Assembly (NCBI GenBank): GCA_964187785.1
Contig: OZ076416.1
Span: 48,670,001 to 48,734,000, forward strand
Length of the DNA: 64,000 bases
Direction of reading: 5' to 3'
Source: Amphiscolops sp. MND2022
Lineage: Eukaryota
Part shown: positions 1-11,900 of the stretch, piece after piece
Numbering within the stretch: the first letter of the stretch is position 1
Layout: every line of letters begins with the position of its first letter
The notes under the pieces: generated by a model
Database searches by the model: none
What the model was told of the DNA's origin: nothing
Seen by the model: only the letters and a program-made list of their open reading frames with translations
Translations under genes and position numbers: made by a program

Positions 1-671
1 GTGGGTTCGAATCCTGCGTTGGACAAATAATTTTCAGCCTTGCAAAAGTACAAGGGCGACAGACATTTTTGAAGTTTTTCGTAACCAAAAGCCCTCCTTT
101 TGATTTTTAACAAAAACAAAGCGTTTTGCGGGCTTAGAGTGCCCCCTTAGGATTTTACGGCACTATGCGACTTACCGAAGAACTGTTCTGACAAAAAAAT
201 ACGATTTTCTCACAAAATCGTTGGTTGTTTAGTTTTCTGTCAAGCAAAACGGTTTTCCGAGTTTTAAGGGTGACATCTTTGGTTATCTTTTAGTCCTTTG
301 GGACTGATCAGAGTTTTGGGGAATAATGTGGGAAAGACCTACGGTTTTTCGGCACGGACACTTTTTTTGAAAAAGTTTTCATTTAGTCATCTACAATATT
401 TTCCGGCTTGGGAAAAGCGTTTTGCAAGGCTGAAGATCGTTTTGGGTACTGACTCTACTTTCCGAAACAATTTTTTTTTCAAAACAACTGCGTTTTTTGA
501 TGTTTCGAGCCAGGGAAAGGGGTTTTCGAGTCTTGTGGGCTTTCATTCGAGTATTTTTCAGCACTGTAATATTGATACAATAGTGTAAAGATTTTACAAT
601 AGTGTCCCATTGCGTATTTAAAAAACTTTTGGACCTCAAGCGAGGCGTCCAACTGGGCCGTTCCCGGCTTA
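1..671. mobile_element. Partial copy of an abundant TIR family with CAAG termini ('CAAG-TIR family'); tRNA-type B box at the window edge
   Basis: GGTTCGAATCC (Pol III B box) at 4-14; internal GGCACTATGCGACTT motif; ends in gggccgttcccggctta, matching the family terminus at 7790-7801. Confidence 0.7.
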
Positions 672-1429
672 TTTCAAGTGAAACACCTCTTTGAGAATTT
701 GTTAGATACTAGTATCTGCCCAACACTACGCTAGAGGTTATACTTAATCTTTAAGCAGTATTATCGAATCCTTGAGTTCCTGTCGAGTTTCCAATTGACG
801 ATGACGTCTGGTATAACACATGAAACGGGAGCAACTAATTGTGATTATCCGAAAAAGATGAGACGATTGATTGCCGATAATTGTTTTAGGAAGGTCTGTA
901 GCCTTTTTTGATAGGAGATAAAATTTTGATGCTTTTCGCTGTTATTATGCTGTGTAAAGTGAGTTATAATAAGTTTTACATATTTTGGGTCGCTACAGAT
1001 TCCTCGATTCTTGCCGAGCTATTGACTTGGTTCGAAATTTGGCCACTTGTCTATTTCATGAAAATAGGCTACTGTGGGGCTCACTTATATTTCTGCTGTA
1101 GGCTACAATTACCTTTGACTTCAGTGTTCAATAAAAACATATCTGAAACAACTATACGCTCCTTTTAATTTACTATATAGCAATTGGTAATCATGATTAA
1201 TCGTGATTAGTTTCGATCAAGTTGATTATAATCAGCCAAGTTTAGCATCCCCAACTTAAACTAATAATGCTACATCAAAAGACTCGCGATTTTAAGAACA
1301 CCTCGGGCGGTTCGTTTCAGAATTTCGTTCGTTGAATCGATTCGTTCGTAAAATCAAATCAAGGCAAAATTTCGCTTCAAATTCAGGAAATTTTACTTAA
1401 CAACACAAAACATTATTTGAAAAAGTCAG

Positions 1430-2987
1430 TCAGTGTCTTTTGCCGGAAGCCGATCATTCGTTTTGAAGCGGCGAGCTTCCGGAGACTCTTTAGAACGTAT
1501 TTATTATAAATCGTAGCTTCTGGCTGCTCTTCTAACCATTGGAGGGCTATGGTTAGGCTGTCGAAAGCTTGCTTGTGGGATATTTTTGGCAGGTTTTCGG
1601 CTATTTCGATTACTTCCGGTTTTGACTAGACCTCTTCCACATTGGCGCCACGCACGGCTTCGAAAATTTGTTCGTCATCCAGAGTCTCATGACCATGATC
1701 GTTGAAATCTGCCTGTAGCCAATTTCTAATTTCATCCCCAAAATCTTCATTTGTGACTAATGCCCCCAAAATTTGCTGAATATTGACCAAAGCGTCATTT
1801 TCATTCCAATTTTCTTGTAAATCCTGGGTTTTTTTCTGGTAAAATTTTCATCCGCGGCGCAGGGTAACAGGCGACACGAGATCCCACGACTCCGCGACTA
1901 GTTTCGAAACTTTAAGCATATCGACACTTTTCATAAATTCCTCAAGTTGAAAATTTGCTTGAATCCATAGCAAATAATAATTCGCGCAGTAAAGATTTTT
2001 TGTAAAATCGTTTTAGGGTTTCGATAATACCCTGGTCCATAGGCTGGATAAGAGATGTGACGTTAGGCGGAAAAAAATCAAACGGAAAAAATTTCGAAAT
2101 TAAGTTCATCAGCATTAGGATGTGCTGCACAATTGTAGACAAGTAACACCACATTTTCAGTTTGACCAAGATCTTTCATTTTTTTGATACAAAAGGAACA
2201 AATTCTTCAGCGTACCACTGCTTGAAAATGTTTGTGGCCATCCAAGAATTTTGGTGATAATACGACACTTTAGGATTCGATCGCCCGTTTTTGAATGCCC
2301 TAGAATTCTTATATTTTCCAATAAGTAGAAGGGGTAGCCGAATTGTACCAGACGCATTGGGGCTCACTCCAATTGTAACTCGTTCGTTGGGTGACTTTCC
2401 GCCTGGCACAAAACTTTTCTTCGGCAATAACTTGTATATTAAACCAGTTTCATCAAAATTGAAAATTTGATCTCTCGAATATGATGCGACAGACTGCGGA
2501 AATGTGTTTACAAAAGCTAACGAACACGCGTGATCCCCGGATATTTTTTCCCTTCGATTGAGACATTATTAAGCACATGGCGTTTACAAAAGTTTGCTGT
2601 GAAACCCGCACTTGCGGTAAAATTGACTGAATTGTTCGGATATTGCATTGGGAAAAATTGCAGAGCTTTTTCCGTAATCATTGGCTCGTTAACAGGAATA
2701 TTCTTTTCTCGGATCTGTCTGACCCATAGAAATAACGCCGCGTCAAGTTCCGGGTAGGAACATGTTTTAGGCGATTTTTTATTTGAGTTTAAACAGTTTC
2801 CAGACGATTGATCGACGGTACTTTTTAGCTCCTTCTCTTTTGGAACAATGCCAGTAATTGTAGATCTACCAATTCCATACTTCGCGCTAATTTCTGCATA
2901 TGACGTTTTCTTGTGAACCAGTACGCATATCTGTAGTTTTTCAGAAACTGTCAATCTTTTACGTTTTCTCATTTGAGGTTCATCCAT
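1430..2987 (-). pseudogene. Frameshifted Tigger/Jerky-type transposase (CENP-B HTH plus DDE_1)
   Basis: ORF pieces: RKRKRLTVSEKLQIC..YGIGRSTI (HTH-psq), YPELDAALFLWVRQIREKNIPV..EKA..FTASAGF..F.KRH (CENP-B HTH), ERVT..NASG..LPLLLIGKYK, PPNVTSLIQPMDQGII (DDE). They fall in several frames. Confidence 0.85.
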
Positions 2988-3129
2988 TGTGTAAATAATT
3001 ATATAATCTGATTGGTTGACACGCGCACGCACCAATGAACTCGATTGCATTTTCTATTACTAATAAATAGAGTCCTCTCATTCATTACATGTAATGAATA
3101 GCGTCATTAACACACTGCAGTGTTCATTC

Positions 3130-4327
3130 GGGTACCGTGCAACTGGCCGGCTGTTCAATTGGACGAATGTGCAACTAGTCGATACAACCTTGATTTTTTA
3201 AAAAATAATGTTTAAAATAATGATACAAACAATAAATTAGATACAAATTCAAATTGAATGATTGAACTTTCAAATTACAGTGACCGGCAGATCAGGCTTA
3301 TATTAGTCCAATAGCAATTTATATCGATGAAATTGTCTTCATAAGCCTGTTTCAATCTTTGAATTTTCACATTCAAATTACGAAATTTTCGACGCTGTTG
3401 GCGACCTTTCTCCTCGCTCAAATTTTCGGAACGTAACTTTTTGGTACTTTTCCTGTACTTTCAATGCCATTATAATGCGTCATAAATTTTTCCTTGAATT
3501 GCCAAGTTGATGTTTCCAGTTTGCATTCCAAGATTCGCATACATTCGTAGTCCTCATATTTCCAGCCCTGTTGTATACATTCCACATATCAAGAGGCGTG
3601 CCACGAATCCATTGCCGAATAACAATCAAAGAGATCCATCAATTTTGGTTCTGTAGATAGAACTTGTTGAACTTGGGATGAAGACCGGTAATTTTCAAAA
3701 AGTTCTCCCACCAGATGGTATCGGTGGTAAGGCCTTAGTCCTTGTGCTGCTCATTGATGACTTTATTTTCGGATAATTAGGAATATTTTCCGACGATGAT
3801 GACTAATTTTTCGTCATAGATATCTTTCAAACGCCTGGTTGGATTATTTTCAACGGAGGCTAAAACGCTTTCCTTGAAATCCGTTTCATCAATTTGTTGC
3901 TCGGGTTTTTCATGGTTATGATCGCCAGGAAATTTGAGAACGACCGAAAAGTTCGAGTTTAATGCTATTCGGGATGTACAAGTTGATGTACAACATTTGA
4001 AATAAACTATATCAGGCTTTCTCTTATTTATTTTGAATGAAAAGCCTTCGAATATTAAGTTCTTACCTCGATTATCGCCAATAAAACGAAGCATTTTTGT
4101 AATCAACAAAAATAAAAATCAATCATAGCTGTGTGAAAGTTTTGTGTACGAATTGAATGCGAATAAACCGTCAATTGATTTGAACGTAGTTTATTTTCCG
4201 ACAAGATAATGAAATTTCCGAAACCGTCTCGTATTTCCATTAACCAATCAAATTCATTTTCATCATTCAATCAGTCGGTCAGTTGCGCTTTTCTTCAGTT
4301 GATCAGTCGGTCAGTTGAAGTAGACTC
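3130..4327 (-). mobile_element. Internally deleted Mutator-like (MULE) element with FLYWCH domain
   Basis: 9-bp TSD tgttcattc (3121-3129) / agttcattc (4328-4336); imperfect G-initial TIRs built from CAACTG(A/G)CCG(A/G)CTG; ORF 3777-4109 is FLYWCH-like (GFSF..N...YFKC..C..R...HNH); C-terminal MULE motif MWNVY..RTTNVCESWN near 3500-3620. Confidence 0.8.
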
Positions 4328-4431
4328 AGTTCATTCTTTAAGTGTAATGAATTGCGTCATTAACACACTGCAGTGTTCGTAAAATTGCGAGTTCACTTAA
4401 TCGAAATTCGTAAAATCGCGAGCTTACTGTA

Positions 4432-4982
4432 ATCGTTTTCGTACTGGCTCTCACAAAGAATCGCTGTTTTTTAGCGAAAAAAGCCTGACTATTGCAGTGA
4501 CTAGTTTTTTCCGTCAGACAACAGAATGTATGGGTAGTGGACACTTTACAAAACTACTAAACTACTGTACCGGCCAAGTCTGACTGGTGGAAACGCATCT
4601 AAGTTAGTGCAAAGGATCCTCCCTTTCGTGTACTCAATTTTTAACGTAACCCCTGTGAGTTTTTTCGACACGGTGCGACTTTCGAATTTTTTTGTCTCCA
4701 AAGCGTTCCCCCTTCAATTTTTTTTGAATATTTTGCAGCAAACCGAAGTTTCAAAAGGCCCAAAGTGTCTCCCCTTTGAATTTTTCGGCACTATGAGACT
4801 TTTTCAAAGTTCGTCTTTATATTCTCATTTTTTATAGTGTCCAAAGGGACCCCTTCATTTTTTTGATATTTTGCAACAAACTGGACTTTCAAAAAGCCCG
4901 AAGGGTCCCCCTTTTATAATTTTTAAAGCTTCGCGCTTTTTCAGCCTTAGATATAGCGCCGACTTGAGACGTTCCCGTCTTG
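4432..4982. mobile_element. CAAG-TIR family copy (partial)
   Basis: Ends in cttagatatagcgccgacttgagacgttcccgtcttg|tta; internal ggcactatgagact and gactatt.cagtgactag motifs are shared with the copy near 43.8 kb. Confidence 0.75.
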
Positions 4983-5753
4983 TTACAAATATAAGTAACA
5001 CGCATCTTCGAAGTTCAGGGAACTAGCGTCAAAATATCCAATGTTGATACAATCAAATTTCAACCTTGATTGCAATAAAAAAGCAATAACCGTTTGATGT
5101 TTCACAAAAAGCAATTTTCCGGCCTTTTGACTTCTCAAAGTGCCAAAGGTTAAACCAAGGGAGCTGTACAGTTTAGAACAATAGAGTTTTCAATGCCACT
5201 GTGCTATTTTTATTTGAAATAATTATCTTACTATCAGAAACTCAAAACCCAAAAACTTGGAGAACTTGTTACTTAGAGTGGTAAATCCCAACTAAAAGAG
5301 CATAATGCCGTGTATAAGCAGGAAAATTCCTCGAGGCACTTCATCTGAACTCAATTGTTTTTGGCACTTGACATCCAGCCTAAATGTCATGGCATTGTTG
5401 TTACATGGCATGTGATTTTTGGTTTCAAAGGTGTGTCAAGTCAAGCCTTCCCAAGTTGAAAGCTTTTGGGTTAAAATCTCAAACTATTGAAACATGATTG
5501 ATCACGTTCACATACCAACGGTGCCCTTAATCAAGTGAAACGGCGTGTCATAGCTGGCCTAGAGACTGGTTTTCACGAAGCCCGATCTGTAGGTACCCAA
5601 AGCGCCCACGACTGAGGAACGTCAGGTCACCCAATTAATCTTTCAATTCAGGAGGTTAAAACTAATTCCAAGTTTAATGACATTTCACCGATTTCGGCAA
5701 CATTTGGGTCTGAAGTAAAGCGACGGAAAAAAAACTATGTTCATCGAACTTAC

Positions 5754-5940
5754 CTGTGAGTAGAAGAGCACCACCGGGACTGAATGCGAGACAAAGGGTT
5801 TGGGCAGAAGTTTTGTCCTTTTCGTTGAACACGATTGGAGGGAAATCAAAACTCTTCCCTATGTGAGGCCAGATACAAAGGGTGCCATCTAAAGCTGTAG
5901 ACGCTAGATACCGTTTGCGGCCATCGACCCACGGAGAGAA
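5754..5940 (-). CDS. BRWD1/BRWD3/PHIP: BRWD/PHIP coding exon 8 (WD40)
   Basis: tttgtttcag|TTC acceptor; FSPWVDGRKRYLASTALDGTLCIW..CLAFSPGGALLLTG; G|GTAAGT donor. Confidence 0.88.
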
Positions 5941-8900
5941 CTGAAACAAAGGAAAACATCATCTCATAAAACCTTCAATCATTGTTTCAACATGTCAAAA
6001 TGATCATCATCATATACAATTTATTGAACGCATAAGACAAATAACTCAACTGTATGGGAAGCAATTTTGCTGAAGGAAGAAAATCAATGAACGTCTAAAT
6101 TAGGAAGTACCTGGTAGAAAAAACTTACAGTTTTAATGGATCAATTGCGTCAAAAACACAAGGATGCTTAAGAATTCTAACTTTTCCACTGATTTTTTTT
6201 TCAAAAATGACGTTAAAGCAAGTACTAACAACATTTTTCAATAAAAAATAATTAGTCAGTTTTAGACCACATGCAAGTAGACAAAAAGACTGATCAAAGT
6301 AACCATTAGATGGCACTTAAACCAATCAGCGGATCAATTAAGCACTAAAACGAGCAATGTATGGCCATTACACGGACCCATTCATGATTGCTTCTTGATG
6401 CGTTTATAATACTTACCATCAATCGACTATGAAAGCTGCAGTGTACGCTTCTGGAATCATCAGAGAGTAATCAGCCTTGAGTGTATTCAGAAGCAGTGGT
6501 TTCTAGTTAGTTGAAAACATTGGCTCCTTAGGGGATCAATAAATTTCTGTAACTGCAGAAAACTTCCAAAAAATCAAAAAGCACCATTTCTACAATTTTT
6601 GGGATGAAACCTCAGACACAAACGTGTCGACTCAAGGTAGATTTTAAAACAAGTATAAATTGGAAATTTGGCAAAGAACGCAAACCAAATAAGTTTCACT
6701 GAAAAATGCAAATCTGAGTTCTTTGCTTTGATTAAGGGCAAAATTCCTGGACACTTGTCGATAATGCCACCAAATAGGTAAATGAACCTTAAGAATTACT
6801 TCAAAAGCTCTCAGCGAACTATTACTTGAGTTAACAAGCGATCATACTATTTTGGTTAACAAAAATAGTTCACCAGAATGAGAAACAAGCCGGGAACGGC
6901 CCAAGTCGGCGCCATATCTAAGGCTCAAAAATAGCAAAAAGGACTTCAAAGTGTCAAGTATTCTCTTCTACAGTACCTGAATGAGGAAAAAAATTCGGAA
7001 TTTTATTCGAATTTTTTTAGACGTCTCCGGTAAGTCGCATAGTGCCGAAAAATGGGGGACCCTTTGGGATTTTTTGAACATCCATTGTTGCAAAATATAA
7101 AAAATTGAAGGGGACCCTTCTGAGACACTAAAAAAATGCGAAATAAAAGTCTCACAAAGCCGAAATAACATGCACAAAAAATTTTGTTCAAGGGCGAGAC
7201 TCGAACCCACGTCCTTCTGCTCGGCAGACCTCAAAAAATCCTAGTTAACCTCTATGCCAAGTGGCAGTTGAAGTTACATGGCAGTTAGTGGAAGCAACAG
7301 CTTCAGCTTATAAAGCTTATAAAATCTGTCACTTCGTTGGTTTTTTTTTAAAAAAAAGTCGCTGCTATAGTTTGCGTTTTCTACGAAAAGCGCCGACTAA
7401 AAAAACGACAGCTGCTTTAATAATGCTCCAGCTCACGCAAAATATTTAAAATGCAAACGGATTCAAAAACGAACCGGGTTAATTGTTTTGACGCGGGAAC
7501 TAATTTAACCCGAGATGTAACAAATTTCTGCGCTCAAATTTCCTGAAAAAGCTCGCGGATGAGTTTAGTTTTTTTCGGCATTGTGAGACTTTTTTTCAAT
7601 GTTTTTTAGACCAAAGGGCCCCCTTCAATTTTTGATGTTTTGCGACACAATGGATGTTGAAAAATCTCAAAGGGTGCCCCTTTTAGTGCGCCAATTCGGT
7701 CCAACTTTTGGGTTTTTCGGGTACTGTAAAAAAGAATACTTGACACTTTAAAGCCCTTTTGAGCCTTACGCGGGGCGCCGACTTTTGCCGTTCCCGGCTT
7801 GCTTAAAATGTTTCCGCATTAGTGAAAAGTTTGGCAGAGGACGCTAGGAGTGTCTGTTTGTCTTGTTTTTTGAGACCATTTCAATAGAAACGATTGGAAA
7901 AATCTCAACTTTATGAATAAACTAAGGAACTGTAAAATCAGCGATATGAACTCAATTTTATAGGGCAGAGTTGGTATTGCGTTGCGCCCGGATTGAGAAA
8001 TGCGAGAAAACACCCAAACACGAATTTCTACGAAAATGTATTTGTCTAGTTTAAAAAAGTCGAGAAATTTTCAAAATACAGTCGGACCTCGATATAACGA
8101 ACCATCGCTACAAGGTAACTCTCGTTATAAAGCAAGTGTGCGTAAACGTTTGGTACGCTACCGTACATGACGGAAATAATTTCCCGCTATCCCATTTATA
8201 CGGAATACAAAGGTGGAAAATGAAAGAATCTGTCAAGACTAACTTCAATGGAGGAGAGAAGTCCCCCGTGGCTCTTGAGCACGGCTACGGGGGCAGTGGT
8301 GTGCAGGTCCCACACACGCACAGTGGCGTCGTTGCCCCCCGCGGCTAAGAGGGTGTTTTCCTGATTGGTGAGCACGTCTGCCACTTCCGCCTCGAAGCCC
8401 CTGAACGAGCACAACAGCCGCCCACTGCATGTCTCCCAGCACTTAACCAATCCGTCATCAGCACCCTGCAACCAAAGCACGCCAAACATTTAAAAGCATG
8501 CGTAAAACATGATAAACGTGGAGGATAAAACATGTTTCAAAACTTCCGTCTGAAGGCCAGCTCTTTTAAAACAGGTTTCAGTCCACAGTTTTGTGGCATG
8601 AGATTTGCGGCAAAATTTCTTTACAGTATCAACACATTGTCGCAAACTTGATGTCTCTCAAAAGTGATTTCTTCATCTATATTCATAAAAGCCATTAACA
8701 TTTGGTATAAAACTGCCAGGTAACTTTCGTGGTCGTTCCCAGCATGAGCCTACGGTGGTCTTGGTATAGCTTAGTACATGGGTAGCATGCTTGTAAGATC
8801 TAATGCAACATTGTTGCAAGATCCTGTCAAGAATTTCATGAGTAGTAATCAAATAGAGTTCAGAACACCTACTGTAAATATTCTGGTTCCTGTTCTGTCG

Positions 8901-11900
8901 AAGGAGCAGCAATAGACGTGCATGAGGTGTCCCAACACGCGAGTCAGTTGACGCATCTTGCTGAAGACTACAGTGGGAGAGATGATGTGGCTTTTCAGGG
9001 TGCTGCCCAGAACAGATCTTCCCATCAGCACGTTGGCTAAAAACAATTCAAACCAGATTCTTGACACCGCTAATTAGCGATTTTGTACAATCGCGCATAG
9101 TTTTTCAGCAATTTCAATAGCGGCACTGATAGATTGTACAAATTCGAAAATTTCTCGGAGTTTCGAAATGAATTTAGAAAAAAATTCCAATTCGTACTCT
9201 TGTAGAACCAACGTTATAAAAAATTCTAGCCTTTTTCATGCAAAACTGATTTTTAAAACATACTTGACATTTAATATTGTCTGCAGAAAAAACTTTTCAG
9301 CGCAATTGCGATTTTGAAATTAGCGGTTTAGCGAAAAAATAGCCATGTCCGAAGAAATCAGGCCAACAACCAATAGAAATAACAAGACGCTGATTCGCAT
9401 AGTGACATTCAGAAGTAACCCAGAGAAGGTAGATAGATGAACTGCAGAGTAGTAACAGTCAACATTTCGAGGGATCATGCAAAACTTTTGAGGTAGATAC
9501 CTATGTTGATAGGACGGGTGTAGCCCGAAGGAGGTACCACCAAGAGTCCGTTTCGACTGGTTGTCAGCTTGTCTCGTCCCCATTGTAATTGCTCAGCCCC
9601 TATGAACACAATCCATAATGCAATCACAAAGTACATTCAACTGAATCAACTTGAAAAACTTCAGATGGCTTCAGCTTCTTCTCATTGACAATTTAGGCAA
9701 AAAAATTTTAAAGAAAACAGTGGATACATTCCAGTTGTCACTAAAAAAACCCATGCAATCAGATAAACACCAAAGTTTAGAAATGGAAACTCATTTTTCA
9801 TTTACTGTTCAATGAATTATTCAGAGTCAAGAAAGCATGAAAATGTTGGAATTGAAGTCGGATTTTGAACCTCGATTTGTTCGCAGCAGAGAGAAGTTGG
9901 CGACTCCGAGTAGAGATTGCACTTTAGGGACCCCATTGGGTATCTGCAGATCTGCCAATTGCACAGCCCGCTTGCATATTAGAAGCAGATGCTCGTCCGA
10001 TATGTGTCGATAAGAATTCGGCTGAAAAACAATCTCACATTAGCCAAGGATGCGCGCAACTCAAGTTTCATCGTTCCCAGATAAAACTCAAAACGAAAAT
10101 CACATAGAATTGTAAATTACAAGACGCCCACTGAGCACCGGGATATTTCCCGCCCCTAATTATTTTAGCTTTTGCGAAGCTATACCCCTAAAAAATGTAC
10201 AGGACTTGTTGGAGAAAATGTTTAAAATGTGAATAATAAGACTCTTTAGCTCTATGGTTCATTTTAAACGTCATAGCTCTGGAAAAGAAGTTGCTAAGGA
10301 GTTGACTGTTTTGCTGTTGAACTTTGGGGACATTTATTTATGCAAAGGAAAACATAGCACCTAAACTGCACAATAGTCAAAAACTGGAATATTTCGAGGT
10401 CATAGCGGCACTTTCCATTTGAGCACTTTTCAAAAGAAGTTCAAATATTTCTACTAAAACATACGCTACGAATAGGGCATGGAGCGGTTAATCGGTTAAC
10501 CGATTAATGAAATCCTTAACCGGTTAAAAATCATTAACCGGTTAACCGAAGAATAAAAAAAAAAGACTTTAACAAGGCTCGATCCCAGGACCTCTCGCTC
10601 AAGAGACACGCGCGTTGACGACTGAGCTACGTGAGTACGCATTCTTAAGAGCGTAAATCACAGTTAACTGCGGTCAATAACATCGAACATCCATTGTACA
10701 ATACATGTACAGTCTGTGTACGTGACGATCGCCATCTAGCGGAAACTTTTAGTATTTTCGTTGCATGTGAAACTTCATCATATCATTTGTTTTCAGATAC
10801 GTGTAATTTGAGATGATTCCTACCAGTTAGGTATGGAAACACGTGAAGCGTGAAAACGACAAAATTGCTTGCTCTGTTTGTGGCGACAAACTGTCCGATA
10901 ATGGAGGTACATCTACAATCGCTTATCATCTAGAAAAGCGTCATCTTCTGAAAAATCCAGAGAAACCAGATACAGCAAAAACGCAGAAACGAGATGCATC
11001 CGGACGCAAAATTATGGTTACAGCAGACAAAACGTCTAATGAACAGAAAATTACCAACTGGGTGACTGAGAAACGCGAATGTTCAGCCGCGAGGGCACAC
11101 CATATTACCGAATTGATTATAAATTGCGTTATAAAAGATCTTTTACCATTCCGGTTTGGCGAGGGCGAAGGAATAAAGGCCATGATGGCTTACTGCGAGC
11201 CGAATTATCAGGTACCAACTTCCAAAACTATCAAAACACATCGATATTGGTTGTTTGGCACATTTATTGTCTCTTGCCCTGAAGGATTCACTCACAAGTG
11301 CAACTTCTGTAGAACCACTTATTTCGAAAATTCAAAACGTGATTGCAAAATTTCGAAAAAGTGAATCCCTTTTACGAGAATTTCGGTCCATAAGATCAAA
11401 AATACAACAAGAGAAAAACGAAATGGAGCTACAGCTGTCGGTCGAAACAAGATGGAATTCAATTTATACTATGTTAAATTCCTTCCATGAGCTATATCTT
11501 AGCTACTCTACTACAATCAAGAAACAGGGCGTACTTTCTGTAGATATGCTGCCTGAATTTGAATTTTCAAAATCAGACGAAGAATTACTGGCGGATATAT
11601 TAGAACTCCTAAAAGATTTTAAGCTGGCAACCGATGTTTGGGAAGCGGACAAATATGTGTCTATTTCTGTTGTCTACCCCGTGCTGTTTCGAGTTATAGA
11701 GAAAATGTCTGAAACCACACCAAAAACTCCAGAAGGAGAAGAATTACGCAAGAAAATTGAGGAAGAAGTTACGTTCCGATTTTCCATGAACGATGAAGAA
11801 TTCTTGGGCCAATTGAGTGTTCATGTTTTTGGCTCATTCTTTGATCCACGTTTTAAGCAGTTATCGTTTGCCAATGACACAGTTCGTGAAAATGTTCAGC

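Larger units (their letters stand above)
1273..4429 (-). mobile_element. Tigger/pogo (Jerky/CENP-B-like) DNA transposon, decayed, interrupted by a Mutator-like element
   Basis: TA-flanked degenerate TIRs share CTCGCGATTTTA(A/C)GAA (1273-1298 vs reverse complement of 4407-4429); transposase fragments lie inside. Confidence 0.75.

Noticed and set aside
1188-1234. Cluster of TAATCA/TGATTA palindromes as a homeodomain enhancer
   Set aside because: Equally explained as an eroded transposon subterminal array next to the Tigger end; no independent support.
6412-6505. Exon-like segment with a GTAAGT donor inside the BRWD intron
   Set aside because: All three frames contain stops, and the flanking exons already join seamlessly (SIE|FSP).
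7187-7263. Functional tRNA genes (also 1-30, 10570-10637, 43715-43775)
   Set aside because: Only A/B boxes survive; cloverleaf stems are broken, one copy has an internal T6 terminator, and all lie inside transposons.
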